From NCBI RefSeq assembly GCF_964355755.1, contig NC_092677.1:9260101-9324100 (forward strand): 64,000 nt of DNA, written 5' to 3'. The position numbers and the translations under genes are program-made. This stretch comes from Antedon mediterranea. Taxonomy: Eukaryota > Animalia > Echinodermata. The notes under the pieces are model-generated. The model ran no database searches and had not been told where the DNA came from. It saw only the letters and a list, made by a program, of their open reading frames with translations. Below are positions 27,150 to 42,100 of the stretch, piece by piece. Each line of letters begins with the position of its first letter. The stretch's first letter is position 1.

Positions 27150-30100
27150 ATGAAAGTAGATTCAGGTAATTCGACTACAAAATGTCTGTAGGCCCTTTCA
27201 GTAGGCCTAGGCTAGGCCTCCTAGGCTATATTTTAATTTTATAGTTTTATCTAAGCTAGCTAGGCTAGGCCTAGCCTAGTAGCTAGCTAGCTAGGCCTAG
27301 GCAGGCTACTTCCTTTAGGCCCTAGCTAGGCCCGGTGATTCCTAGCTAGGAGGCCTAGGCTAGGCTAGACCTAGTAGCCACTAGGCCAGCCCACGAAATT
27401 CAGAAAAAAGAAGGTCGGCAAAAAATTGCCGACCTTAAATTCGCCAAGGTCGGCAGTCTCGGCAGTTCTAAAAATAGAAAATTCACCCCAAGCAAGGCCT
27501 AAACCTCTTGCTAACCTAAAAGGCCTAGCTAGGCCTAGCCTCCCTAGCTATATGTTATGCAAAAAGAACTAGCAAAATTAACTAAAATATAAAAACCTAA
27601 CACTAAAATCTACAAGATAAATTCTATTTGATAATTAATTGCTGAACATCATGGTTCTGGAGCTAGCCGTACACAGAGCATAGTTGCTTGCTTGGCATAA
27701 CAGGGTATTCCCCTACACAGGTCTGTGGCGCGCAGCGCTGTGCCCAGCCAGCTTGGTTGATAGAAAAGCATGCAGCTCACACACAAAATGATGTAATGGT
27801 TGAGTGAATTCAGGGATCATCTTAATTCCATGGTTTGTTAACTAAACACAACATGGTGGTGAATATGCCTGTTAAAATTTCATTGATACGATCCCTTAAA
27901 GTACCATGTTGTTGCTAGGAGGCTTGAAAGGAGGGATCTAGCCTAGTTTCTAGGTCGGCAATCTCTTGCCGTCCTCTGACAATTTAAGGTCGGCAATAAG
28001 GTCGGCAATTGCCGATTGCCGACGTGAAATTCGTGGGCTGCTAGGCCTAGTACTTTAGTAGGCTAGACAGACTTCGAAAAATTCCCTGTACTCTACTAGT
28101 TAGAGGGCCTACTATAGCCTGGCCCTAGTAGGCTCAGCTAGGAAGTTCTACTCTTAGTTAGGCCTAGCCTCTCCAGGAAAGCTATATGCGCGCCTAGCCC
28201 TAGCTAGTAGTAGGGCCTCTAGTAGGCTAGAGAGGGCCTCTATTAGCTAGTAGGAGTAGTAGTAATAATAACGGTAGGGCGGCCTAGCTAGACGTAGTAG
28301 GTAGGCCAGGGAGGAAAGGGGCTACTACTAGGCCTACTAGTACTAGCTTCTAGTAGGCACTACTTTAAGCCTAGGATAGGCTAGGCCTAGTACCTAGGAG
28401 AATCTGTTTTAAAAATAAACTTTCAAATTAGTTTATTAGGCCTATATTATGTAGCGTAGTAATATGAAATTCAAATATGATTTAAATATTAATATTTTTT
28501 TTACTTACAGGTGAAGATGCAAAAAGGTAAATAGGCCTACAATACATTGCATTCACTTCAGATGATTTTCTTTAACCACGTGGTCATGCATGAGTAGAAA
28601 GGAATTGTTTATTAAACGTTTTGCAGAGTTTTGTAAAATACTAAACAAACCATAAAAAGACCTAGGCCTATTCCATAAACAAAACACACAAAAATAATTT
28701 TGACAAATTTACAAGATGACCAGCATAAAATCCGTTTTGTTGTAACTTTACATTGCTCATTCTACCAAATCTTACACATTAGTGGATGAGTTTTACATAA
28801 AGTCTTACATTTTTAGTACAGATTTTCCTCTTGGAACATAAAGAAGTTATAAATTGTTCTTCTGTTACAGTGATGGTGATTCTATAAAGGTATTTTTGAG
28901 AATAAGGCCTCCTTCAGAGAATGATTTAAATCTTGGAAAATGTCTGGAAGTCTGCCCTCCAGATACTGTATGCGTCCAGGCTGTAAAACCAGAAAAGAAA
29001 GCCTATCGGTTTGACCATGTAGCTGATGAAAATACAACTCAGGTTGGTAACATTAGATTTTAAATTTATTGACATCAATAACTCCCCCAAAGTAAATAAA
29101 TATGAGATTTAACTCACTCATTTCCACCATAATACACACACTAACTTGGGTTAACATTATTTTGACAGGAATTTGTGTTTAATGCTGTTGGTAGAAAAAC
29201 AGTGGAGAGCTGTATTGCTGGTTACAATGGTACCATATTTGCATAGTAAGTTTTTGTTAATTATTATTTAATATGTTCTCAGTATCTTTTTTATTATACA
29301 TTTACTGTAATATCTTATTGAATTTCAAGATTTGAAACAAAAAACCAAACAAATAATACTTTATTCTAAACCCCAGCGTCAAATTTTTTGTTTTTGCTTT
29401 AGTGGTCAGACTGGCTCAGGGAAGACTTTTACAATGATGGGTAACCAAGTTTTTCATTATGGCAATATATATTTTAATTGTTCATATTATTATGCTATGT
29501 ACAATAATTGAATAATATGTGTATGAGTATTATAAACTAAATTAGATACTATTACTGTATCTGGTTTTATATTTATTATTTTCCAGTATTAATGCAGCTT
29601 CTTATATTATTTTGTGTAACTCAGGTCCCTCGGAAGAAGAGAATTTTGAACACCCATTGCGAGGTGTTGTTCCTCGCAGTATTGACTATTTGTTTAGTTT
29701 GATTGAAAGAGAGAGAGAAAAGGTATGCTTGTGTAATTCAGCTATGATTTGTTGGAAATAATGTACTTGTCAATGGTATGACCCTTTATACATGACCCCC
29801 AAGAGAGTCATTTACAAATAATTATTGATGCAGGGGTGCTGCGCAGCAAAAAACCTAGATGGTACTTCACATCAATAAACAATGGTGTATCAATGTCTGT
29901 CTTTTTACCACCCACCATATCATTAACAACATGGTCACATTGTATCAAAATTGGTGCGTCATGGTCACCTGAGAGAAAGTCACTTTTTTGACGCAGAGGT
30001 GTGTCATGGTATTCATATGACGTACATCAGACAAATGATGCACCTCTCCCGGGGGTCATATAGTGGGTCATATAGTGGGTCATACAATTGACAAGTACAT

Positions 30101-33100
30101 AACCTCTATACACCTTTAACTACTCTAAAAATACACAGAGGTTAAAAGATTCATATTAAGTATCTTATATTCTCTGTTAATGACGTAATGAATTTCAACA
30201 TTTTGTTAATTTTTAGCGTGGAGATCAATTTGAATTTTCGTGTAAATGTTCATTTCTGGAGATATACAAAGAGCAGGTGTTTGACCTTCTTGACCATGCT
30301 TCAAACTGCCTGCAGCTGAGAGAAAATGTTAAGCATGGTGTGTATGCAGATGGACTTATTGAAAACCTTGTCAGCAGTCCTCATGATGCTTATCAGGTTT
30401 GTGTGGAAATTTAATAAAAAATCATTGTTGGTTAATCATCACTTCTGAACCTTTTTCCATGCTTCAATCCCTGCCAAAATAAGGAAATTCATTCTCTAAG
30501 CTAGCCCCAGTATTCTGGTCAACTGCGCTGATTACTGGCTGCAATATTATAGAAGTATATTTCCATATGTGGAAAAAAACAGGGTAATAATGTGAAAACT
30601 TCATTTGAACATATATACAGTATATGGAATTTGTGCTATATAAATAATACATTATAAGTTTTAATCCAAATTTACCAAATATCTGAAAACACTATTGATA
30701 TTACCTTTTGTGCAGCCTTTGTTGGTTTGCATTTTTTTATGTTTGCTTAGTTAAGTCCCTTTTTATATTCATTTCATCATATTGTTATTAATAAAATTAT
30801 TTTAGAAATAAATGTTTAGTATTCATAACTTTAGAACATAGCTATACTTCATATTATATGTTGTAGGTTTTGTGTAGAGGATGGTTGAACCGTCGAGTTG
30901 CTGCCACATCAATGAACCGTGAAAGTTCTAGGAGTCACGCCGTCTTCACTGTATCTATTGAAACAAAGGTATAGTATTCATATTTACTCAATGAATGTAG
31001 TTTATTCCATGAAGATTTGTATAAAAAAACAGGAGAGTTTAAGTGGAGTAAGGATGTAAAGAAAGGATTTGCCAAAATATGGTAGTGATATGAGATCATC
31101 ATATATGGGCATACCACCTTTTTTTGTCACATAAAGTTTGAATTGATAGTGTAGACAGGGCTTAATTTTATGCTTAAATATGGTAGTGATATTATTTGAT
31201 TATTTTTTTAAAATTTGTCTTTAAGGAAAAACAAGGAAACGTGAGCAACCTTCGAGTATCTCATCTACACATGGTGGATTTAGCCGGCAGTGAACGTCAG
31301 AAGGATACACAGGCAGTCGGTACAAGAATAAAAGAAGCAGGCAGTATTAACTCATCATTGTCAGTGTTAGGCCGCGTGATCACAGCACTTGTTGATATCG
31401 GACAAGGAAAAAATCGATATGTGCCATACAGGGAGTCAAAACTTAGCTTTCTTCTGAGGGTATGTTGAACTTTTAATAATGCACTTAGTTAGAATGAAGA
31501 CCGAAAAAAAATAGTCGAGACCAAAATCAAAATAACTATGTAATTATTGTTTTTGTTATTATTTTCAGGATGCATTGGGTGGCAACACAAAGACGTTTAT
31601 TATTGCAAATGTTCATCCTGGTTCTCGGTAATTTATCTCTAATTTTATTTAATAATAATTAATATTATTTTCCATTGCTATATTTATTTTCAATACATTT
31701 TAGGGCCCATTCAGACATAGTTATTTACCCAGTAAGTTGGTTTCATGGGTACAGTTATCATGGGTAGGAAAAAACTTACCCAGGTAAATAACTAAGCTTG
31801 AGCGCTTTGGTAAATACAGTATGTGTGCTTAACAAATATTATTAAAAAGAGTAAAATTACCGGACGCAATGTTTTCTGCTGTGTTTTTTTAGTCAAATTG
31901 GTGAAACCATATCAACTTTGAATTTTGCAAGAAGAGCTAAAATGATTAAAAACCGGGTAAGTACATAAAGTAAATTTTCTGTACACCACTTTCAATTTTA
32001 TGCTTAAATAATACAAAAATGCGTTTATTCATTCTGTTGTTTAATCTATTAGTTTTTTTTATCCTATAGGCCGTGATAAATCAAGATACCCAAGGTAGTG
32101 TGGTACAGCTACATGCTGAGATTAAGAGGCTCAAGGATAAGCTTAGTCAATATTCATCTGGTGTAATCCCCACTAATCCAGTCGATAACACAGGTCAGGC
32201 CAACACGAAATCGAGAAAAAACTGAAAAGTTTTGTATCCATTTTAGTGTTTTAATTGTTAGTATTTATTTACTCTTTTTGTTGTATTTTAAATGAATGAA
32301 TAAAAAAAAATATCTTCTTTTTGTTAAACATAGAGATCGGACCAGTTTCTTCCAAGGGTTGTGATACCAATAAATGGCAGACATGTTTCTTTGAGGCTAT
32401 GCTTTTGTGGGAGAAAAGTGACATGGCCAACAAAGTAAGGCTTCTTAGTTTGTATTTACTTTCTCACCAATTACAAGAACACCCATCCTTTCTAAACTCA
32501 TCATAAGTGTAAGTTACAGAAAATTACTAGGACAGGATTGAACCAACACTCTGATAAGGGATGACATTTCCTGCCAAGCTACAGTGCCACATTGCCTACC
32601 TGAATTATTTCTTTTTTACGGTACACATTTTTTTTTTCTATTTAGACATTGACAAGAAAAATTTCACAGCTTCAGAACTTGTGCAAGAAAAAGGATAACT
32701 TTCTGATGTCAAACAAGATGGTGATTAAGTTGCGAGAGAGTGCCCTCAGTAGATTTCAAGAAGCACAGAAGGAGAAATTGACATTAGATGACAGAGACAA
32801 CAGGATTGTAAGGCTTCTTCTGGTATCATGTCTGGTTGATGACCATTGTTCTCCAGAGTTCCCTGTTATATTATATGCAGTTTGAATGAAATTGTTGGTG
32901 GTGCTGAGTGTTAAGCTCTGTCTACACTTTTAAACTTAAAAATATATAGACATAATGATGTTATATCACTACCATATTTGTGCATTGCACACTTTTTTTT
33001 TTGATAGTGTAGATAGAGCTTTATTGATTGTAGAGAGATAGTCAAATGTTCAGAGTCCTGTTAATTTTAGTAGTCTTGGTTTTAAAAAAATGTATAAGTA

Positions 33101-36100
33101 CATATAAAATGTCATTTTTATACAGTTATTCTGCACATGCACACATGTTCCTGACTATGCGCATAATAATTGTCAGACGAATTAGTAGTATTTATGGATG
33201 TTGCTAAAACAGTCCTGCTGTTCAAACTACTGTTCATTTCTTTAAAAAATTCTTCATACATTTATTTATACCACATAATTATACATTTTATAGATCTTTT
33301 TAAATCTTTATTACAACATAGGAGGACCTACAGAAAGAGATTGGGCATCTAAAAAAACAATTAGAGCATAACCCAACCGTTGCAAAGTTTGCAATGGAGA
33401 ACTCGCACTTACGATCAGAATTGAAAGCCCTACAGGCATCAGGTGCTGTTTTAAGTATAAAAGAAGAAACATTGAAACACAAAGAACGACTACAGAAGCA
33501 GTTTCAAGAGCTTACTAGTGAGATTGATGGTATGTAGTTAACCAGATTATAGTTTTTTTAACCAGGTTATAGTTTTTTAACCAGGTTATAGTTTTTTTAA
33601 CTAGGGTATAGTTTTTTAACCAGGTTATAGTTTTTTAACCAGTGTATTGTTTTTTAACCAGGTTATAGTTTTTTAAACAGGGTATAGTTTTTTAACCAGG
33701 GTATTGTTTTTTTAACCAGGGTATAGTTTTGTAACTAGGTTATAGTTTTTAACCAGGGTATAGTTTTTTAACCAGGTTATAGTTTTTTAACTAGGGTGTA
33801 GTTTTTTAATCGGGGTGTAGTTTTTTTAACCAGGTTATATAGTATTTTAACCAGGTTATAATTTTGTTATTGCATGTTATGCTGTCTTATTTTGTAAACT
33901 TAAGAATGTCATGCTTTTTGGGTTTTTTTTTAAAGAATTAAAGAAGACTGGTAACACACCCTCAAGTGCTACTCAGGGACGAGAAGGCAACACAGCGGTG
34001 GCTACGGTTGAGCGGTTTCGTTCGCAGATAGACAAACTTACCACACAGTTAATTGCAGTAAGTTTAAATTTTGTTTACTTTTGTTTTTATGTGGTTACTT
34101 ATTTCTTCAAGATTGTCATATCTGAGGTGCTGAATCCAAAACAGTTAGGTTAGGTGCCATTTTCATTTTTACATTCTGCTGCTGTTTTAAAATTACTGTA
34201 CTATGTTAAACCATGTGACATCACCAACCACTGAAATGTAACCACCAAAGCCTTTTTCCCACTAGCTAATCGCAAATTCCTGAGTTATAATTGGTTGCAC
34301 ATTGTTCCAGGTTACAAAAATAAGATGAACATATAATATGCATGTGCAATCAATTTGTCTAGTGGAAAACTGCCTTAACAGAAAGTCAAATTGCATCATT
34401 ATGCTCATCATTAGTTGGTCAATTGAAAATTTATTTACTTTGCATTAGGCTAAACAAGAACTTTCGGAACAAGTAGAGCTGCACAAACACAAACAGGTTG
34501 AGTTGGAGTCACAAGTCGCAGCAGAGCGCAAAACCAACAAAGAACTGCAGCATGCTCTCAATGCTATCAAGTTAACCAGCAAGATGGAAAGAGATGAAAT
34601 TAATGATCTACACTTGCAAACTATTAAGGTGAGTCTTCATAATACTGCTGTCATAACACTAGAATGTCTGTTTCTACCATAATATGATGGAATATGATGA
34701 TATACAACGTTTTCAAATCAGCTTAGGAGTACAATAAAGTATGATTAACCCAGGAGCGGTTGCAGGATTTTGAGATGGGGGTGGGGGCATGACACGCTGA
34801 GTCACAGCCACAGCGCCCCCCCCCCCCCATGCCATAAACATGTGCAAACCTACATATTACTTTGACATCGCAGGCATGGGGTTTAGCGCCTAGTCAGCAC
34901 ACTGAGTGCGTTGGACTGTTTGACCAATTGTCAATAAAAATGATTACTGAAGTATTGGTTTTCATCAAATTATAAGTACATTTATAACTATGTGGATTGT
35001 CATAGATGTTTTTTGTTTTGGGGCTGTGGGCATGTCATGGGTGGGATGTTTTCCTCATCCATAAAAAACCCTAACTACGAGCATCTGGATGGTAGATGGT
35101 ATTATAAAGCTTCCACTAAGGATCAATTATCATACCTATTTTTCAGACAATTACTACACCCAAGAAAGCTAGCTACCACTTGAGATCTAGATTGATAATG
35201 CAAGCTAAAGACAACACGCCAGGTGTACCAGAGTTTAACTTAGAAGAAGATGGTGGGATATTAGGAGAGAAAATGCCTGACCACATGGTGGAACAGTGCA
35301 ATGAGGCATTGACGGATGAAGTTAAGAAATTACAGGTAAAATATTTGAAAGTGACTAACAGAGCAATGGCTCTGTCAACACAACATGTTTCTTTTTCCCC
35401 CATCAGCACATGAGACCATGTTCTTAGTTTTCTATGCCAATAACACAAAAAGAATTAAACAGCACAGTTGACCTTGTCAATAGAAAATAAGACAGACACA
35501 CTGTTGACCTTGTTGATAGGAATTTCATGCACGTTTGAAAGTCCTGATAGCCATCACACAAAATAATGACTATCGGCATGTCTATGCTGATAGAATCTAT
35601 CACTACATTACATAAGACCGTGCCTATAGACTACTTTAAATTATACATTCTTTTATTACTTATATATGTAATGCATTCAGTTAATATTAATTATTCAACG
35701 GTTGTTGTTGCAATTTCTTTCAGAATAAAAACAATGAATTATTACAACTACTTGAAAAAACAGACACAGAATGCTTCAACTTAAAACAAACAGTTTCACA
35801 AACAGAGCAACTTAACCAGGTGAGATAAGAGAATCATTTTGTAAAAATAAATTTGAAATACCTTTCTTCTAAAACCTATATGGCATAATTTTTTTATAAT
35901 TTTGTTTGTTCTATAGAGGCTTGAACAAGGACGTATTCAACTAACCAATCAAATCAGTTCTCTTACAACACAACTGGAAACTGTAACTAATCAATTCGAA
36001 GGTAGCGCTTTCTATAAAAAAAGTTTCTTATTTCAAGCAATGTGGCCTGTGCATTAATATCTTATCACACATTGAATTGTAACCTAGATACCATATTTAT

Positions 36101-39100
36101 TCGAAAAAAGGGCCCCAGAGCATTTATTGTTCAGTAGGGTTTATAAGAGGAATGCTTATTCGTGGAAGGTGTTTATTTTTTTATTATAATATGGTAACAT
36201 GTATAATCAAATAAATTCTCCCCAAATATGAAAAAATACAAGACAATTAATATCAAAATATGCTTGGTCTATTCTACAAATAGAAATGTGTTATAATTCA
36301 ATACTTTGTGTATATGCATGTGGCGGGGCGTTTAATTGGGGTGAGGGGAGGACGTCTATTCAAAATGATGTTCTATGAGGGTGTTTATTCAAATAATTCA
36401 AATAAATACGGTATATCTAATACCTAATTAATTTTGTCGATAGTTATCAAATATGAATCAGAAGATTTTAAAGTATTATTACCGCTAGCCTACAAAGAAC
36501 TTGATGAAAAGAAGAAAGAATGTGTACGCATTGAGCATCAAGCGGCAGAAGACATGGATCTACTGCAGGTTAAGGTTTGTAATGTGCTTTCCTAAATATC
36601 TGTTCTGTTTGTTACGCAATGTCCAGAATACTATAGACTATATACATTGACTATAGATTCTATGAGAACACTACTTTAAAGCTCAGGTACAGGCATGAAT
36701 TTTAAATATAATATCTGGTTAATTGTACATAAATCAAGTATTTGTAAAAGGAATCAAGACGAAAAAACATAAATTTCCCTTAAAATGGTCAAATACAAAA
36801 TTTGGCAAAATTCTGCTATAAAAACCAGGAAGACTTTTTTTCAGTAGTTAGGTAGTTAACCTAATGTAATAACATTTATGGTGACTCCCTAGAAGGTGAA
36901 AAAGATGGTGGATATACGGTGGATAATTTTTGCTATAGCATGAAAATAAAAATCTGAAGTTGAATAAAAATACCAGAAATGTAATATTCAAGTTATATTA
37001 CCTATATTTAGTCATCTGATAACATTTTTTACCACACCGTTTGTTTTTCATAGCTTTTTAAAATTTCTCTCTATTTACAAAATTTGTGTACAAAAGAATA
37101 GAGATTTTACTGTGTAATTTGAACTATCCCCCCACTGATAAGAAAGTGCTTGTTTTCTACAAGCTCGTGTAACACAAATAAAATCCCAAAAATTATGAAA
37201 CATAGGGGAAACTATAGATCGATAATTATTGGAATGTATGATCAATAGAAATTTTTTGCCCGCACCTGTCCTTTAATTCAAATATTGATCAGAACCTATA
37301 CTGCCCTTTGATACCCAAAAAAGTGTAACCTTAATTTATTATTTAAATTTGTATTTAAAGAGTTTACAACGATTCAGACTTTACAAAAACAATATATTAA
37401 GAAATATAACTATAATAATAACAAAATTTTAAAACACAATTCATTAATTTAACATTCTATGTACTAAGGTAGTAATATTTACAAGATAAAAAATGTGCTC
37501 AAAGGTTTTTACAAAGAAAATTGGTGTCTTCTAAATAGGGAATGATGTGTGTTAAAACAGATATTTCTCCTTGTTTCTTTCACAGAAAAGTGACACCTTA
37601 ATGTCCCAAAGGAGGGGCTCTATGTATTTTTTAGCATAAAATAGAACACCTATTGTAGGAGAGTTATCTTAATAAGGGTGTCCCAAAGGAGAGGCTCTAT
37701 GTATTTTTTAGCATGCAATAGAACACCTATTGTAGGAGCTAACAAGTGTTATCTTAATAAGGGTGTCCCAAAGGAGAGGCTCTATGTATTTTGGAGAATT
37801 CAATAGAACACCTATTGTAGGAGAGTTATCTTAATAAGGGTGTCCCAAAGGAGGGGCTCTATGTATTTTTTAGCATGCAATAGAACACCTATTGTAGGAG
37901 CTAACAAGTGTTATCTTAATAAGGGTGTCCCAAAGGAGAGGCTCTATGTATTTTGGAGAATTCAATAGAACACCTATTGTAGGAGAGTTATCTTAATAAG
38001 GGTGTCCCAAAGGAGGGGCTCTATGTATTTTTTAGCATGCAATAGAACACCTATTGTAGGAGCTAACAAGTGTTATCTTAATAAGGGTGTCCCAAAAAAG
38101 AGGCTCTATGTATTTTGGAGAATTCAATAGAACACCTATTGTAGGACCTAACAAGAGTTATCTTAATAAGGGTGTCCCAAAGGAGAGGCTCTATGTATTT
38201 TGGAGAATTCAATAGAACACCTATTGTAGGAGAGTTATCTTAATAAGGGTGTCCCAAAGGAGAGGCTCTATGTATTTTTTAGCATACAATAGAACACCTA
38301 TTGTAGGACCTGACAAGAGTTATCTTAATAAGGGTGTCCCAAAGGAGGGGCTCTATGTATTTTGGAGAATTCAATAGAACACCTATTGTAGGACCTAACA
38401 AGAGTTATCTTAATAAGGGTGTCCCAAAAAGGAGGGGTTCTATGTATTTTTTAGCATTCAATAGAAAACCTATTATAGGACCTAACAAGTGTTCTTTTCT
38501 CTCTAAAAGTGTCTCCTGAACATGACCTGAATTTACTTGCATGTATGAATGCTTTTCTATTGTAGATTGTAATTGTTCTATATTAATGATTTGTTCACAG
38601 GTTTGCCAAGTTGACCACACTATGATGGCAAAGCAGAGAGAACTAGATGAAGTATATGAACAACTTGACCGATTACAGGTGCAATGAGCTTTGAACTAGT
38701 CTCTCATAATGTTTCTACACTAAGTAGATCTCCTGGCTTGTTGCTATGTCCAATATTATTTTATGGCTGGTTCTGTATTATTACGATTCTGTTTTCAGTG
38801 TTGCATTAAATGTACTGATGTAGTAATCACGTGAAAAATGAACAAAGCACATACATATCGTCACCGTCTTCATGTCAGTATGTTCACAATACAATGATTC
38901 AAAAATGGGTATCACAGGCATTATAATGACAGAGGTTTGCGCCAATGTATAAATTATTAAAGTTGTCTTTTGTAGGATGATAATGTAGCATTGCAAGCAG
39001 AAGTATCTGTGAATGAGCAACAGACTGATAACCTACAAGCACAGTTAAATGAAAAGACTGGACAAAACTTACAGCTTGAGTCCGAGGTTCAGGTAACAAA

Positions 39101-42100
39101 ACTACAGTGCAGTACAGTAAACCTGTAATGTATTTGTATGATATTATTTGAGGAAAAATTCTCTATGAACCCATGGCAGCTACAATGCAGTGCCTAACAT
39201 GAACAACTGAGATTGACCAGTACACTGGGGTAACTACCTACTACTCCAAAAGATGCACTGGATTCTGATGATGTGTACACTGGACCAGTTTTAAGTTCTT
39301 TTCCGAGAAGAGTTGTTCTACCACCAGAACAATGGTTGAGAAGAGCCTTGAACCTGTGCCGATATTATTGCTACAGTTTGCAGTCTTGCTTTAATCGGTG
39401 ACTAATTTTTTGAATTGTGCAACTTTTTCTTTGACAGTCATTGCTTGAAAAACTAGAGTTGGAGATGCAAAAGAGTGGAATGTTGATGAGAGAGATTCAA
39501 AGTGAGGCTTCAGAGCAGCAGAAGCAGTTGGTAGAAGAACTGGAAGAGCTACAGGAAACGGCAAACCATAGGAACAAAGTATGCCAGTCACAGGTATGAT
39601 GCACTAATGATTGTGTTCACATCTGGTAAATAATACAAATGTAAATGTCTGAGAATAAGCTGTCTCTTGCAGTGTAATTTGACTGAATTGCACACACCTG
39701 TGGACGACACATTTTCTTCAAACAGCGCTATAATGTCTATTGATGACTACAAGTGACAAGTATGCCCCTTACTCTTTAAAAAGATGCGTTGGGTTTTTTA
39801 AGGTTCACTAACTTTCAGTGTTTTAGTCACTAATCCGAGAAGTCTTGAGAAGAGCATGTGTCAATTTTAGGCCAAAATAGTAAACTATCTTCAACATTTA
39901 TCTTAGCAGGTCATGTCTTATTAGGCCCCCCCAGTTATTGTCCTACAATTTTTTTTATTCCATCCAGCAAGAACAGCTACAAAAGGCAAGAGAAGAATTG
40001 TGCACAGCACAATCCACCATCACAACTATGCAAAAACGATCAGATGAAGATAAGGTAATTGTGAATTCTATTCTGGATTAGTATTGAAAGCTTGTATAGT
40101 TTTTATTCACTTGCTGAAGTTGTATCCAAATTTTGCTTTCTCTGCAATAAACTGGTTAATTGTTTTTTTCATTAAAATGGGCAAAAGGTGTGAATATAAC
40201 TTTTTTGTAATGAAAAGTTATGAAATTATAAATATAGTAACCATGAACAGGGGGCATTTAAAAAATATGCAACAACAATTATATTGTTTTTCTTTCACAG
40301 GAAGCGGTTTCAAATTTGATGACAACAGTACAGGAATTAAGAGCCGGGAAGCAGAGGTCAGATAGTGACCTTGCATCACTGGAGTCCACTATACAGGATT
40401 TAAAAACTCAAAGTGACGAGTTGAAAACAGTTGAAGAACAACAAACGAGCAATTTGCATAAATTGGAGGAAAATATGATAAAGAAAGAGGAAGAGATACA
40501 ATCACAGAATGCTGCTCATAATATGGAGGTACAATTAAGTTTAAAACAAGCTTTGTCTACACTATCAAATTAGTTTGACAAAAAAAGTGTTATGTGCAAA
40601 TATGGTAGTGATATGCTTAAATACTGTAGTGATATGACATAATCATGTCTATATATGGGCACATCACATTTTTTTGTCACATAAAGTTTGATAGTGTAGA
40701 CAGGGCTTTATATAATGGCAGCCTTAGATGAATGATGTCCCAATATTACAGTATTGTCACAGAGGGGGTAGATACTTAATTATTTTTATATTATTTAAGT
40801 ATTTTGCTGTTCAAAGGAATTAAGCATCTCTTCATACTAGTATTCTAATTTTTTTTTTTAATAGTTGGAGATGTTAAAAGAAGATCTAGATGAGGCTCTA
40901 ATGCAAGCAGACAGTTTGAGGGAAGCGCTGAGTAAACAGACACAGCTAGCAGTATTGGAACAAGAAGAACAGAAAAAGAAACATGAGGAAGTGGTTAGTA
41001 TAACATTACATTTAATAGGGATGCAGCAAGAGAAGCATTGGTGTTAAAACATGTACAGCTCTGTCTACACTATCAAACTTTATGTGATGTGTCCATATAT
41101 GGACATGATGAGGTCGTATCACTACCATATTTGGGCACATCACACTTGTTTGGTCAAACTAGTTTGATAGTGTAGACAGAGCTTAAGGGTGATTATGGGA
41201 AAAAAAAAAAAAGTATTTTCAATGACCCATAGCTTCCTTGTGTGGGTGCTATGTTGAAATTATGCTGGGAGGATAACATGAAAATAAGCGCTACTGTAGT
41301 CTGGGTGGAAAATTTCTGAATGTAGGTATCTCTACCCAACACATATATATGTATATAGAGTATACACCATAAACAATAATAATCCAAATGAGGTATATTT
41401 GGAATAATATGCATAGTAAGATGACACTTTGGTATGTCATTATTGGAGATATATTGTTCCCCTTAAAAAAAAATAGGTTGACTTTGGTTTGATCTTTAAG
41501 TATAAGTCCTGTTGTATCTATATTTTATCCTTTGTGTACTTTTGTTTTAATAATAATATTAATACATATATATAATAGATTCGAAAAAAAGACACTGAAC
41601 TGTCTGAAACAGTGACTATGTATGAAAACAAGCTTAGAAAGATGGAAAGCCAGCAGAAGTCAACAGTGAGTGCAACATCCGAGGTCCAGGCTCAGGCTGA
41701 CCAGCTTCAGACCTGTATAGACGAACAGGCAGCAGAGCTTGTGGTGCTGAGAGACAGCCAAACCAAAGCTAGGGAGCTTATTGAACAGTTTGAATGCAGT
41801 AGAGAAGAAAAAAATAAAGAGATTGACAGCCTTAAGGTATTAAACAGTTTTTTGGGATTTTTTTTTCTAAATCCTTTTCTTTTTTCTTTTTGTATACTCT
41901 CCAATGGCGTAACGTCTATGATCACGCTCACTGACTAAACCCAGGAGCCCTGTAGTTTGAGGGGCCCCAGGGCATGAACAGTCAACTGCAACTACTCCGT
42001 GTTAGAGGTCCCTTAGGAGTGCTAAACCAGGAACCTACGCCACTGATATTCTCTACATAATTATTTGCAACCATATTTAATGTATTGTGATCTATATTAA

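Noticed and set aside
37590-38520. CRISPR-like appearance of regularly spaced repeats (also 50975-51650 and 56786-57520)
   Set aside because: No unique spacers, no cas genes and a eukaryotic context; these are plain tandem repeats.
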